The translations under genes were made by a program, and so were the position numbers. Below the pieces are notes generated by a model. It worked only from the letters and a program-made list of their open reading frames with translations. It did not search any database and was not told the origin of the DNA. From an uncultured Desulfatibacillum sp. (lineage in GTDB: Bacteria > Desulfobacterota > Desulfobacteria > Desulfobacterales > SpSt-501), in NCBI GenBank assembly GCA_964570965.1, contig CAZNAX010000001.1:41469-105468 (forward strand): a stretch of DNA of 64,000 nucleotides, read 5' to 3'. The stretch's first letter is position 1. Every line of letters starts with the position of its first letter. This document shows, piece by piece, positions 39,940 to 47,195 of the stretch.

Positions 39940-41971
39940 ACCAATTCAGAAAGAGTTGATCAGAACTGAAATAAATCTTGATCAGATTTTCCAAGAGGGT
40001 GGTATCCTCTCAAAATCTCGATCAGGATACAAACTGCGTCCAGGCCAGCTATCCATGGCCAAAGCAGTTGAAGAAGCGATCCGCAGAGGCCAAACACTCA
40101 TGGCTGAGGGACCGACTGGAGTGGGCAAATCATTTGCCTACTTGATCCCGGCCATGTTGAGAATGGCTAACAAGACAGTTACTGATGCAAAGCGAGTCGT
40201 AGTCGCCACGGCAAATATTGCTCTGCAGGATCAACTATGCGGAAAGGATGTTCCATATCTAGTTGCGACGCTGCCTGGATGCCAAGATCTTAGGTACATG
40301 GTCGTGAAGGGGAGGAACAACTATGCCTGCATGATGAAGTTGGGGGAGATCGAAGAGAAAAGAGAAGAGTCAAAGCACACTGAGATCGCTTCAGCCTTTG
40401 ACTCTGAAGGGAATCTGCTCATCGAACCGAAAGCAAAGGAAAAGGATGAGGAGGTCAAGGATGAGGACATCTTCGATCCTGAGATTGGAGAGCTGATCGA
40501 ATGGGCAGCGAAGTCCCCTACCGGTGACAAGAACGAGCTGAGCAAGATCTACAGGACGTGGAACTTGGTCAGTACCAGTAGCGAAGACTGTCTGGGATCG
40601 AAGTGTCCCTACAAGAGCGGATGCTTCGTGAACAGAGCGAGAAGGAAGATGATGGTGGTCCCGATCCTCATATCCAATTATCACTTCCTCCTCACCAAGC
40701 CTACCATTGCGGAGGATAGCATCCTCATCTGCGATGAGGCGCATGATCTCGCTGACATAGCGAGGAATGTGCTGGGCTGGGACATCAGCCGATCATCATT
40801 CAGTCGAACACTCAGCTTCGTGAAGAAGCTTGACAATGGAGCTGCTGAGCGGATCAAGCAGCTCATCAACAACATGTGGATCGCTATCGAGAGCAAGCTC
40901 GAAGATGGGAAGCATCCACATCTTCGGATCAGGAGTTGGAGTGACGATGTGGGGTTCTCTCTGGATCCCATAATCGAACTATTGAGCAAGGTCATCATCG
41001 ATCACGACAAGGAGGGTGAAGAGGACATCAAAATGATCCGGGGGATCAAGATGTTGAACAACGCCCTGTCCAAGTTCGGTGAGCTGAAAGCGATCTCACC
41101 AGAAGACGGTAGAGTCTACTGGTTCGAGAGATCAGGTAAGTGGATAAACATTCACGCTGCCTACGTGGATGTGTCTGAGGCATTGAATAAGACACTCTAC
41201 GAGAACGCTCGTAGTGTGATCATGACCTCGGCCACCATGACATCCGGTGGCAGCTTCGAGTTCATACGTGAAGACGTTGGACTTGAGGTTGATGGAGAGA
41301 TAAGGGCACCAAGTCCATTCGACCTGAAGAGACAGGGAATGATCGTGGTGCCGAGAGATATGCCAGACATCCCCAAGTGGAACGAGCCTGCGAAGGTGAG
41401 GGAGTGGAACCGAAAGGCTGCTGAGTATGCAGTCCAGCTCATGAAGATCTGTGGTGGTAGGTGTCTCATGCTCTTCACCAGCTGGAGGAGCCTGGACGAG
41501 GTGCACGGTGTCGTCTCCAAGGAGGCGAGAGCTATGGGCATCCGTGTGCTGCACCAAAAGGATGCACCCAAGATGAAGCTGATCGAGCAATTCAAAGAGG
41601 ACGAGACGTCGGTTCTCTTTGGTGTTGCTAGCTTCTGGCAGGGTATCGACGTACCAGGCAAGGCATTGTCTGGTCTGTTCATCGACAAGATACCCTTCAT
41701 GGTGCCGAACACCCCATTCAATGAGGCACTGAGCGAATTGATCGAGGAACGAGGCGGCAATTCGTTCATGGACCTATCCGTCCCTCGAGCTACCATTGCT
41801 TTGTGCCAAGGTGTTGGAAGACTGATACGTACCACGACAGATCGTGGTATCGTCGTCATCACTGACACCCGTCTCATCAACAAGAGATATGGTGAGACGA
41901 TCGTACGTAGCCTTCCAGAATTCAAGAAGGTTCAGGACATGAGCAAAGCTGTTGGGTTCCTGGACTTGTAA
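39923..41971 (+). CDS. dinG: DinG/XPD-family ATP-dependent DNA helicase with Fe-S cluster domain
   Basis: 682 aa. Walker A EGPTGVGKSFAYLIPA and DEAH box ICDEAHDL. Four Cys (NNYACMM...EDCLGSKCPYKSGCF) sit between them. C-terminal FWQGIDVPG, IDKIPF and QGVGRLIR motifs. Confidence 0.85.
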   Translation: MKQQNKPIQKELIRTEINLDQIFQEGGILSKSRSGYKLRPGQLSMAKAVEEAIRRGQTLMAEGPTGVGKSFAYLIPAMLRMANKTVTDAKRVVVATANIALQDQLCGKDVPYLVATLPGCQDLRYMVVKGRNNYACMMKLGEIEEKREESKHTEIASAFDSEGNLLIEPKAKEKDEEVKDEDIFDPEIGELIEWAAKSPTGDKNELSKIYRTWNLVSTSSEDCLGSKCPYKSGCFVNRARRKMMVVPILISNYHFLLTKPTIAEDSILICDEAHDLADIARNVLGWDISRSSFSRTLSFVKKLDNGAAERIKQLINNMWIAIESKLEDGKHPHLRIRSWSDDVGFSLDPIIELLSKVIIDHDKEGEEDIKMIRGIKMLNNALSKFGELKAISPEDGRVYWFERSGKWINIHAAYVDVSEALNKTLYENARSVIMTSATMTSGGSFEFIREDVGLEVDGEIRAPSPFDLKRQGMIVVPRDMPDIPKWNEPAKVREWNRKAAEYAVQLMKICGGRCLMLFTSWRSLDEVHGVVSKEARAMGIRVLHQKDAPKMKLIEQFKEDETSVLFGVASFWQGIDVPGKALSGLFIDKIPFMVPNTPFNEALSELIEERGGNSFMDLSVPRATIALCQGVGRLIRTTTDRGIVVITDTRLINKRYGETIVRSLPEFKKVQDMSKAVGFLDL

Positions 41972-42008
41972 GTGTCATTTGAATGATCGATACTACCCGC
42001 CAATCTTG

Positions 42009-42040
42009 GAGAGCGTGCCTCTGCACGTTCTCTTCTTAGA
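42009..42040 (+). terminator. Hairpin + TTCTTAGAT module
   Basis: GAGAGCGTGC (42009-42018) pairs with GCACGTTCTC (42023-32, one G-U), followed by TTCTTAGAT. Confidence 0.6.
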
Positions 42041-42042
42041 TC

Positions 42043-42050
42043 GTTATAAG
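42043..42050 (+). promoter_or_regulatory. GTTATAAG -10-like element
   Basis: CTTAGATCGTTATAAG lies 49 nt upstream of ATG 42099. The same 16-mer is present at 44511-44526. Confidence 0.45.
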
Positions 42051-42098
42051 CCAATTGAGTAGATGCACTGTTACGTGCACACAACAGAGGAGAGAAGA

Positions 42099-42350
42099 AT
42101 GGAGATCAGAAAGTTGACTGTGTGGTTGCAGAATGGACTCTGCTTCGTTGAAATGATCGACAACGCCAAATCAACCTCAAAGGATGACGTATCGTTGATA
42201 TTCACTACAGTAAGGAATGTCAGAGGTAGGACGGACATCGATCAAGAATGGAAGGAAACGGGACTTCTGACCGTTCGTATTGATCGGGTAGAGGCAATGT
42301 CGATTAGTGATCTTGCGGAACGCTCGAGTAGGAGAGAAGTAGATGAGTAG
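42099..42350 (+). CDS. Hypothetical small protein
   Basis: ATG 42099 follows AGAGGAGAG (MEIRKLTVWLQNGLCFVEM...). Confidence 0.6.
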   Translation: MEIRKLTVWLQNGLCFVEMIDNAKSTSKDDVSLIFTTVRNVRGRTDIDQEWKETGLLTVRIDRVEAMSISDLAERSSRREVDE

Positions 42351-43515
42351 GAAAGGACCGTACAACTATTTCCTAAAGGGTGATGAGAACAAGACCAAGG
42401 CAGCGTATACGCTATGGCTTCGCGTACCGTATACGGACTCCAAGTCCAAGGAGCCCCCGACAACCAAGATCGGCGAGATGGTGTTCATCGGTAAGGACGA
42501 AACTGGGAAGGATAAGTGGGTATGTGCTCGCGAGTTCTATGAAAAGTACGGGAGGAAGCACATAGAGGGCTCGAAGGATGATGTTGGCAAGGAGATGGTC
42601 CAGGCGTTTATTGGGGACGATCCCAACCTCAAGATGAAGTACACCAGACCGAACGAAGAGCCTCCCCCTAAGAAGATCGAACCCGGTCAACCTGAGACAT
42701 TCCTTGATGCGTTGGATCGTATCAAGTTGGCTCTGATGAAGAGCACGGCCCAGGAGATAGATGAGGCGTTTGATTACCTAGCCGACTACTACGATGATGA
42801 TGTGGAGGATCAGTACGAAGATGTGAAGGCAGCTTGTCCGGGAGACGAACTGCAGAAAGAACAATTGGACAAGATCATTGGATCAGCAGCCATCGTCACC
42901 TGCTGCCAAATGCCGTCGGAGGTAGGTCCAGCTCAAGGCGAGGTGGTGAGCTCGAAGGAGAATAGGATCTCCGGCGAGGAGTCCACATTCGACAAGTACA
43001 TCTGGCCTGAGTACTCGTCTCACAAACTCGTACGCCAGGCTAGGAAGCGCTACAAGGAGGGATTCCTGGACAGCGAGGCACGTACACTCAGGAACAGGAT
43101 TCTAATATGCGAAGAGGACAAGCCAGTTTTCTTCGCATACGTGGTCGGAGAGTCTGGGGACGATGAGATTCGGAATATGCTGCTCTCCTACAGGATCGAC
43201 CTTGGGCCACAGTTCTACTACAAGCCCATGTACAAGTGGCGGATCATAGTTGACCGGCTCGGTTGGGAGACTGCTGATATGTTCAAAATCCCAATAGATC
43301 TCAATGGGAACTACTACACTCTCGATGAGGTGAAGCGCGAGATCGTAAGGATCAAATCGAGGGTGGTAGAGTGCGTCAACAGATGGGACGCTCCATACGT
43401 TGCCGATCTACTTATTAGGTTCCAGTCGGAACGGAGACCGTTCAGGTACGAGCATGTCGTAAAAGCCGCAGAAGAGTTGGGGAAGGAAACCTACTCTGTA
43501 GTGCTGGAGGCATAA
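42343..43515 (+). CDS. Hypothetical protein
   Basis: 390 aa with an 8-nt overlap with the upstream gene. No motif recognised. Confidence 0.7.
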   Translation: MSRKGPYNYFLKGDENKTKAAYTLWLRVPYTDSKSKEPPTTKIGEMVFIGKDETGKDKWVCAREFYEKYGRKHIEGSKDDVGKEMVQAFIGDDPNLKMKYTRPNEEPPPKKIEPGQPETFLDALDRIKLALMKSTAQEIDEAFDYLADYYDDDVEDQYEDVKAACPGDELQKEQLDKIIGSAAIVTCCQMPSEVGPAQGEVVSSKENRISGEESTFDKYIWPEYSSHKLVRQARKRYKEGFLDSEARTLRNRILICEEDKPVFFAYVVGESGDDEIRNMLLSYRIDLGPQFYYKPMYKWRIIVDRLGWETADMFKIPIDLNGNYYTLDEVKREIVRIKSRVVECVNRWDAPYVADLLIRFQSERRPFRYEHVVKAAEELGKETYSVVLEA

Positions 43516-43517
43516 TC

Positions 43518-43916
43518 ATGGGCAAGTCCAGGGCTAAACTAGAAGATTTGCGTAGTTCGATGAATATGATCAGAAGTAGACTCTGTGAGGCACTTGGAAT
43601 CGCAGATACGGATCAATGGGATCTGATCATCGCTGAGGCGCGAAGCATACGCCATACACAGGTTGTAAGGACATACGCATCTCCAGCTTCGGATGTCAGG
43701 AGGGAGTATGTTCGGCTGGTGTCACTCGGTACCAACGTATGCTGTGAGGGAGTAGACTTCACTATGGTGGATGGTAAGCCTCACTTCATAGACATCACAC
43801 TCCACGATGGTGCCACGATCCAAATGTGGCAATGGTCCCTCCTTCCATCCAGTATCGCTTTTCCAAGCTACAAGCGCTGGACAGTACGAAACAATGATCT
43901 TGTTCTGATGGAGTAG
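43518..43916 (+). CDS. Hypothetical protein
   Basis: 132 aa with RBS GGAGGC. The N-terminus carries IRSRLCEALGIADTDQWDLIIAEARSI. Confidence 0.65.
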   Translation: MGKSRAKLEDLRSSMNMIRSRLCEALGIADTDQWDLIIAEARSIRHTQVVRTYASPASDVRREYVRLVSLGTNVCCEGVDFTMVDGKPHFIDITLHDGATIQMWQWSLLPSSIAFPSYKRWTVRNNDLVLME

Positions 43917-43942
43917 GTCCTGCCTTATTGATCTAAAAACAA

Positions 43943-43975
43943 GAGAAACATGATCCGCATGTTTCTCTCTTAGAT
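43943..43975 (+). terminator. Hairpin + TCTTAGAT module (left copy of direct repeat)
   Basis: GAGAAACATG (43943-43952) pairs perfectly with CATGTTTCTC (43958-43967), followed by TCTTAGATAG. Confidence 0.65.
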
Positions 43976-43991
43976 AGTTATGATCGTTTAC

Positions 43992-44019
43992 AGCTAAAGG
44001 AAATTGCGCAGAAGTGCGC
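43992..44019 (-). terminator. Hairpin + TTTCCTTTAGCT module
   Basis: GCGCA-gaag-TGCGC (44006-44019) abuts the stop of gene 44019..44405. On the minus strand it is followed by AATTTCCTTTAGCT. Confidence 0.5.
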
Positions 44020-44405
44020 TAGGAGGATTTCTTCTGGTTGGCTTCTAGGTGCTGGGCTCTTTTGGCAAGCTTTCGCTGTAGCCCAGCGAGTTGGGTGCGG
44101 GCATCGTCCCTCTCTTTTCGGAGGGCGTCTCGTTCCACCCCGACGGAGAACAACTCTGCCTTGGTATCATTCAGCGCTTTCCTCAGCCCGTTCAGCTCGT
44201 GGATTTCTGGTTCCTTCTCGTTCCACTTCAGCAAGAAGGTACTTGCCATTCGCTCCTTCACCAGGGCATCAGACTTGTAGCATTTCTGCAGGATTTTCAG
44301 ATCGTGCTTCAGCACCCTTATGGCGTCTACGGCTGGATGATCTGATGATCCTCGGTCGTCTTCCAGGGATATACGAAGTAGGCCAAAGAACCATTGAATA
44401 CTCAT
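44019..44405 (-). CDS. Coiled-coil hypothetical protein in an inverted cassette
   Basis: 128 aa, the only minus-strand gene in this neighbourhood. It has its own promoter and terminator and is flanked by direct repeats. Confidence 0.65.
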   Translation of the reverse strand: MSIQWFFGLLRISLEDDRGSSDHPAVDAIRVLKHDLKILQKCYKSDALVKERMASTFLLKWNEKEPEIHELNGLRKALNDTKAELFSVGVERDALRKERDDARTQLAGLQRKLAKRAQHLEANQKKSS

Positions 44406-44423
44406 TCTTGCACCTCCAAATTT

Positions 44424-44452
44424 CTTATCACATCAAATTGATCTGGATTTTC
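44424..44452 (-). promoter_or_regulatory. Phage promoter candidate, class GAAAwT-N16/17-kATAAG
   Basis: Minus strand reads GAAAAT (44452-44447), 17 nt, GATAAG (44429-44424), then GGAGGTG and ATG 44405. Confidence 0.5.
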
Positions 44453-44485
44453 AGGATCACTGCCAATATTGGATCAAAATAGCAA

Positions 44486-44516
44486 GAAAACATGATCTGC
44501 ATGTTTTTTTCTTAGA
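44486..44516 (+). terminator. Hairpin + TTCTTAGAT module (right copy of direct repeat)
   Basis: GAAAACATG (44486-44494) pairs with CATGTTTTT (44500-44508), followed by TTCTTAGAT. Confidence 0.6.
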
Positions 44517-44518
44517 TC

Positions 44519-44526
44519 GTTATAAG
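44519..44526 (+). promoter_or_regulatory. GTTATAAG -10-like element
   Basis: CTTAGATCGTTATAAG lies 70 nt upstream of ATG 44596. Confidence 0.45.
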
Positions 44527-44595
44527 TAGCACGGAGCCAAGATCAATAAAGCTACCCATGTCGGGAGCATCAGAGAAGGGCTCCAAGGAGCAGTT

Positions 44596-45447
44596 ATGCC
44601 GAAAGTAACGAAGAAACCAGCAGAGCAGCCAGTTGACGACACCACAGTAGCAGTTCCCCTCGAGGAGATTGAGCCTGCACGCAGAGAGCTACGCAGGGGA
44701 GAGAAGATCCACATCGAAGACATCTTCGAGGTGGCACTTCCGGTGTGGATCAAGGCGTGGCCGGGCACCCCTCTGGTGATGAATAATTTGAAAGGCAAGA
44801 GCCACATTGGAGACATCCGAATGCGGCTCTGTGGATACAACACATCCAAGAAAGGAACCGTGCGGAACCCCTATGACGAGTACATTGGCGCAATGTACAT
44901 CGACGAGGAGGGTAGACACTGCTTCCCGACCCATGGGATCAAGTTGGCTATCTGTTCCGCACTCCAGTTCATACCGGAGATCCCGATGACGATGGCGAGA
45001 GCCCGTCGTCTAATCAAGGTCAACGTTGGTCAGGAGCTCACTCCGCTGGAGTGGGAGCCTGTTGCAAACAAGCCTCCGCTGGTCTTCTCGGTTGCTGAGA
45101 TGAAGCAGGAGGGGGCTGAGCTCAAGCCTGGTAAGGGGAAGAGGGCTACCGGCGTGTACTACACGGCAGCGGTGGCTGATGACATGCCGGAGCTGCGAGA
45201 GGACGTCGTCCGCCTCATGGGCAAGACGAGAGCTCCAGATCTCAGGTACAGGCCCCAGTACAGGGATTGGAGCGCGAAGATCGTTGTGTCCTTCCCACCG
45301 AAGATCATCACCACGAAATCCGTCTTCAACCTGATCAACATCGCGGGGAAGTACATTGGTCTCTGCGAATGGAGGCCGGAGAAGGGCGGAGAGTGGGGGA
45401 TGTTTAGAATTGACCAAGAGCGGACTGGGGCTGTGACCCTAGAGTAG
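44596..45447 (+). CDS. Hypothetical protein with C-terminal glycine-rich loop
   Basis: 283 aa with RBS AAGGAG. C-terminus LINIAGKYIGLCEWRPEKGGEWGMFRI is loosely reminiscent of RAMP/Cas6-type G-rich loops, with very low confidence. It is followed directly by repeat array A. Confidence 0.65.
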   Translation: MPKVTKKPAEQPVDDTTVAVPLEEIEPARRELRRGEKIHIEDIFEVALPVWIKAWPGTPLVMNNLKGKSHIGDIRMRLCGYNTSKKGTVRNPYDEYIGAMYIDEEGRHCFPTHGIKLAICSALQFIPEIPMTMARARRLIKVNVGQELTPLEWEPVANKPPLVFSVAEMKQEGAELKPGKGKRATGVYYTAAVADDMPELREDVVRLMGKTRAPDLRYRPQYRDWSAKIVVSFPPKIITTKSVFNLINIAGKYIGLCEWRPEKGGEWGMFRIDQERTGAVTLE

Positions 45448-45812
45448 CCTCTTCGGAGGCGAAGTGAAGCGGCTGTAGCGAATGGGATTGGAAAGCCAGG
45501 TCCAGGCTGTAGTGGCAGGGATCGACATGGAGTACCGTGGCTGTACTGGAAAGCCAAGGCCATGACTGGAACGGATGGGATTGGTCGGGCTGAACAGGAT
45601 AGAACGGCAAGCCATTGGAAGCAATTGGAGGGGCTGTACAGGCCAACAGAGGTTGGGAGGTGTATGGAGCTGAGCGGAGCGATCTGATCGGCTGTAGCGG
45701 AAAGAGATGGAGAGGTGAGCAAGGGCGGTCCCGGATTACTAGGGCAGACAGGGCAGTGATCTGGCTGCAATGGAAAGCCATCGAAAGAGGTGGTATGTCT
45801 GGGATGGCTCGT
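45447..45812 (+). repeat. Purine-rich GGCTGTA motif array A
   Basis: It opens with GCCTC-ttcg-GAGGC (45447-45460) plus GAAGTGAAGC. GGCTGTA occurs at 45471, 45505, 45539, 45632 and 45690. Variants GGCTGAA at 45588 and GGCTGCA at 45763. C-poor on the plus strand. Confidence 0.85.
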
Positions 45813-45853
45813 GATCCTGGGGATGAAGTAATCTCTCCCCAGGATCGTTTTTG
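45813..45853 (+). terminator. Strong intrinsic terminator closing array A
   Basis: GATCCTGGGGA (45813-45823) pairs perfectly with TCCCCAGGATC (45836-45846), followed by GTTTTTG. Confidence 0.8.
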
Positions 45854-45870
45854 ACAAGAAAGGAGCTGCG

Positions 45871-46359
45871 ATGGCCAGAAATAGGAGGAAGTTCGCTTGG
45901 CGAACTCCTCACTTCTATCAAGGGATCGATCCTGACGAGGTAGCCAGGGAGCTCGAGGACATCAAAGAAGAGAACGGCTTGCTCACACCATCGCTCGTGG
46001 TTGAGCGAGCACGCGATTCTATGTCGGCGCTCCACGCCTGCTTCGAGTGGAATGATACGACGGCTGCGGAGAAGTACCGGCTCCAGCAGGCAAGGACGTT
46101 GATCCTGAACGTCCAAGTGATCGTCAAACACTCTGAGCCACAGATCTTCCTAGTTCAGATCGAGAACAAGGAAGGGAAGAAGACCTATGAGGATGTTGAG
46201 CTGGTGACTGAAGAGGCGGCCTGCCTCGTCATGGCCAATGCCCTCAAAGATCTGAAGGCGTGGATGAAGAGATACAACGAGCTGAAAGATAGGTTACCTC
46301 TGAGCAAAGTCTTCAGCGCTGTCGATGAGGCGTTGAGGCAGACTGGGGCACAGCCCTAG
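45871..46359 (+). CDS. Hypothetical protein flanked by the two arrays
   Basis: 162 aa with RBS AAAGGAG. ALHACFEWNDTTAAEKYRLQQARTLI resembles a short motif I recall from small phage proteins near packaging genes. Unverified. Confidence 0.65.
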   Translation: MARNRRKFAWRTPHFYQGIDPDEVARELEDIKEENGLLTPSLVVERARDSMSALHACFEWNDTTAAEKYRLQQARTLILNVQVIVKHSEPQIFLVQIENKEGKKTYEDVELVTEEAACLVMANALKDLKAWMKRYNELKDRLPLSKVFSAVDEALRQTGAQP

Positions 46360-46363
46360 AGTA

Positions 46364-47023
46364 AGCAGCTTGGCTGCTGAAGTGAACCGGCAGCAGATGA
46401 AAGGTTAGGAGGGGCTTGGGAGGCAAGATTGGGCTGTAAAGGATGGCATAGATCGGGTTAGGACCGGATCGGTTGGGATTGAACGGCTGTAGTGGTTTCT
46501 AAGGGTTAGGAAGTGAAGGGTCGGGAGGGTTCAGGCTGTAAAGGAGGGGAAAGGTAATGTAGGGGTCGGGCAAGGAAATTACAGAAAAGGCTGTAGAGGA
46601 TAGGATGGGAGATGGATTGGACGGTTAGGGCCGTAAGGGCGTAGATCGGAGAGAAGCGGGAAGGTAGGGCTGTAATGAAATGAAGAATCGATAACGGGGA
46701 AGGAACTGACGGGATTAGGCTGAAGAGGAGTTGACTGCAGGGAATGGGCGCTGCTTGGCGAGTCGTATCTTGGCTGAACAGGCGAGAAATGCTCTGAGAA
46801 GGCGATGCCTTGGTACGGCTGTATTGGAGTGCAAGGCAGGCGGACTGATCAGGAAGGGCTGTACCGGATTGCCATGAAGTGTATTGCTGATCATGCGAAT
46901 GGCTGTAGCGGAGCGGATTGGCGCTGATAGCAATGTAGGGGCTGGGCTGTAGTGGAACGGATTGGAGTTGACAGTGATGCAGTGGCGGACCTGGTCTGCA
47001 TGCCATGGGCACCCACGTGTTTT
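46364..47023 (+). repeat. Purine-rich GGCTGTA motif array B
   Basis: It opens with AGCAGC-ttg-GCTGCT (46364-46378) plus GAAGTGAACC. GGCTGTA occurs at 46432, 46485, 46534, 46589, 46668, 46817, 46857, 46901 and 46945. Variants at 46629, 46718 and 46772. Spacing is 39-55 nt, and many copies read GGCTGTAnnGGA. Confidence 0.85.
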
Positions 47024-47066
47024 GATCCTGGGAGGGAGACCGTTCTCTTCCAGGATCATTTTCTTT
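47024..47066 (+). terminator. Intrinsic terminator closing array B
   Basis: GATCCTGGGAG (47024-47034) pairs with CTCTTCCAGGATC (47045-47057), followed by ATTTTCTTTAGAT. It is a near copy of the 45813 terminator. Confidence 0.75.
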
Positions 47067-47071
47067 AGATG

Positions 47072-47141
47072 ATCATAAAATAAGGCCCTCGTTCAGTTCC
47101 ACTATCCTTGTAAGGACAACACTGGAACCGTTCGAGGGCCT
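47072..47141 (-). terminator. Long hairpin terminator for the minus-strand tail cluster
   Basis: AGGCCCTCG (47083-47091) pairs with CGAGGGCCT (47133-47141), with inner GTTCCA/TGGAAC pairing. On the minus strand it is followed by TATTTTATGAT. Confidence 0.7.
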
Positions 47142-47195
47142 CACGGCGCCGCCATGTAAGAGGGATCGTATCGTAGACGCATTTCAGAAGCAAGA

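Noticed and set aside
41197-41925. 242-aa minus-strand ORF inside the helicase gene
   Set aside because: It is antisense to a gene with unambiguous DinG motifs. The product is Ser/Leu/Arg-rich antisense-type sequence.
45159-45857. 232-aa minus-strand ORF (plus nested ORFs at 45404..45781 and 45439..45624) covering array A
   Set aside because: It is open only because the plus strand is C-poor and purine-rich, so the minus-strand reading frames are nearly free of stop codons. The product is Pro/Ser/Leu low complexity. The GGCTGTA motif falls in different frames from copy to copy. There is no RBS, and the ORF runs through the 45813-45853 terminator and into the 3' end of gene 44596..45447.
46364-47023. 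Using GGA-motif density alone as evidence for a CsrA/RsmA sponge
   Set aside because: I counted about 31 GGA in array B. With the observed G- and A-rich composition, about 25 are expected by chance. GGA enrichment alone is therefore not evidence. Only the fixed GGCTGTAnnGGA register and the overall architecture are suggestive.
46506-47059. 168-aa and 114-aa minus-strand ORFs covering array B
   Set aside because: Same composition artefact. Motif copies are spaced 39-55 nt apart, not in multiples of 3, so no repeated peptide results. There is no RBS or start context.
45447-47066. CRISPR array interpretation of the GGCTGTA repeats
   Set aside because: The conserved unit is only 7-12 nt and the spacing is irregular (34-73 nt). 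There is no 25-40 nt repeat with a palindromic core and no cas genes adjacent. The architecture is not CRISPR-like.
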